Below are positions 63,920 to 64,000 of a stretch of DNA of 64,000 nucleotides, piece by piece. Within the stretch, counting starts at the first letter, position 1; each line of letters starts with the position of its first letter. Below the pieces are notes generated by a model. It was not told the DNA's origin. It saw only the letters and a list, made by a program, of their open reading frames with translations, and searched no databases. The DNA comes from an uncultured Acidobacteriota bacterium (lineage in GTDB: Bacteria; Acidobacteriota; Polarisedimenticolia; J045), in NCBI GenBank assembly GCA_963702425.1, contig CAVPCQ010000021.1, positions 96,001 through 160,000 on the forward strand, in the 5' to 3' direction. The position numbers and the translations under genes were made by a program.

Positions 63920-64000
63920 GATCTCACGCCCTGGCCCCCACGGGTCAGACCTCTCGGATCCCCACCGATCCTCCAGTTTCCCTCACCCCCCCCTCTCCCC

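Noticed and set aside
63979-64000. CCCTCACCCC...CCTCTCCC, possible start of another palindromic repeat
   Set aside because: Truncated by the window edge; the second arm cannot be seen.

Overview
Very GC-rich bacterial DNA. The gene repertoire (Oar-type TonB receptor, Cys/Asp-rich secreted proteins, many two-component systems) suggests an Acidobacteriota- or Myxococcota-like organism; this is inference. Left to right: a partial alpha-2-macroglobulin gene, two hypotheticals, a Phd/VapC toxin-antitoxin pair, a DUF6498-like protein, an NCS2 permease and a cohesin-domain secreted protein. Next is a sulfate ABC operon whose CysA-like ATPase carries two fused universal-stress domains, followed by a sensor kinase. 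Then come a CDF transporter and an MMPL/RND + PhnD-like + TPR-lipoprotein trio resembling the BstABC sterol/lipid transport system, a frameshifted secreted protein and TonB receptor, an OmpR regulator and a RAYT-like HUH protein lacking its catalytic Tyr. After a 1.5-kaa beta-helix/Cys-repeat surface protein and a block of housekeeping enzymes is a two-component cluster with secreted HAF-repeat, Gly-tail and OmpW-like proteins. The window ends with three arylsulfatases, a HAD phosphatase, a FixJ-type two-component pair and an octaheme-HEAT-TPR lipoprotein. Main highlights: the BstABC-like trio, a shared Cys-Pro-terminated C-terminal domain on unrelated secreted proteins (candidate sorting signal), GTAG REP elements that supply stop codons, and the CysA-USP fusion. 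No rRNA, tRNA or CRISPR array was recognised. All family assignments come from motif recognition by eye, not database searches.
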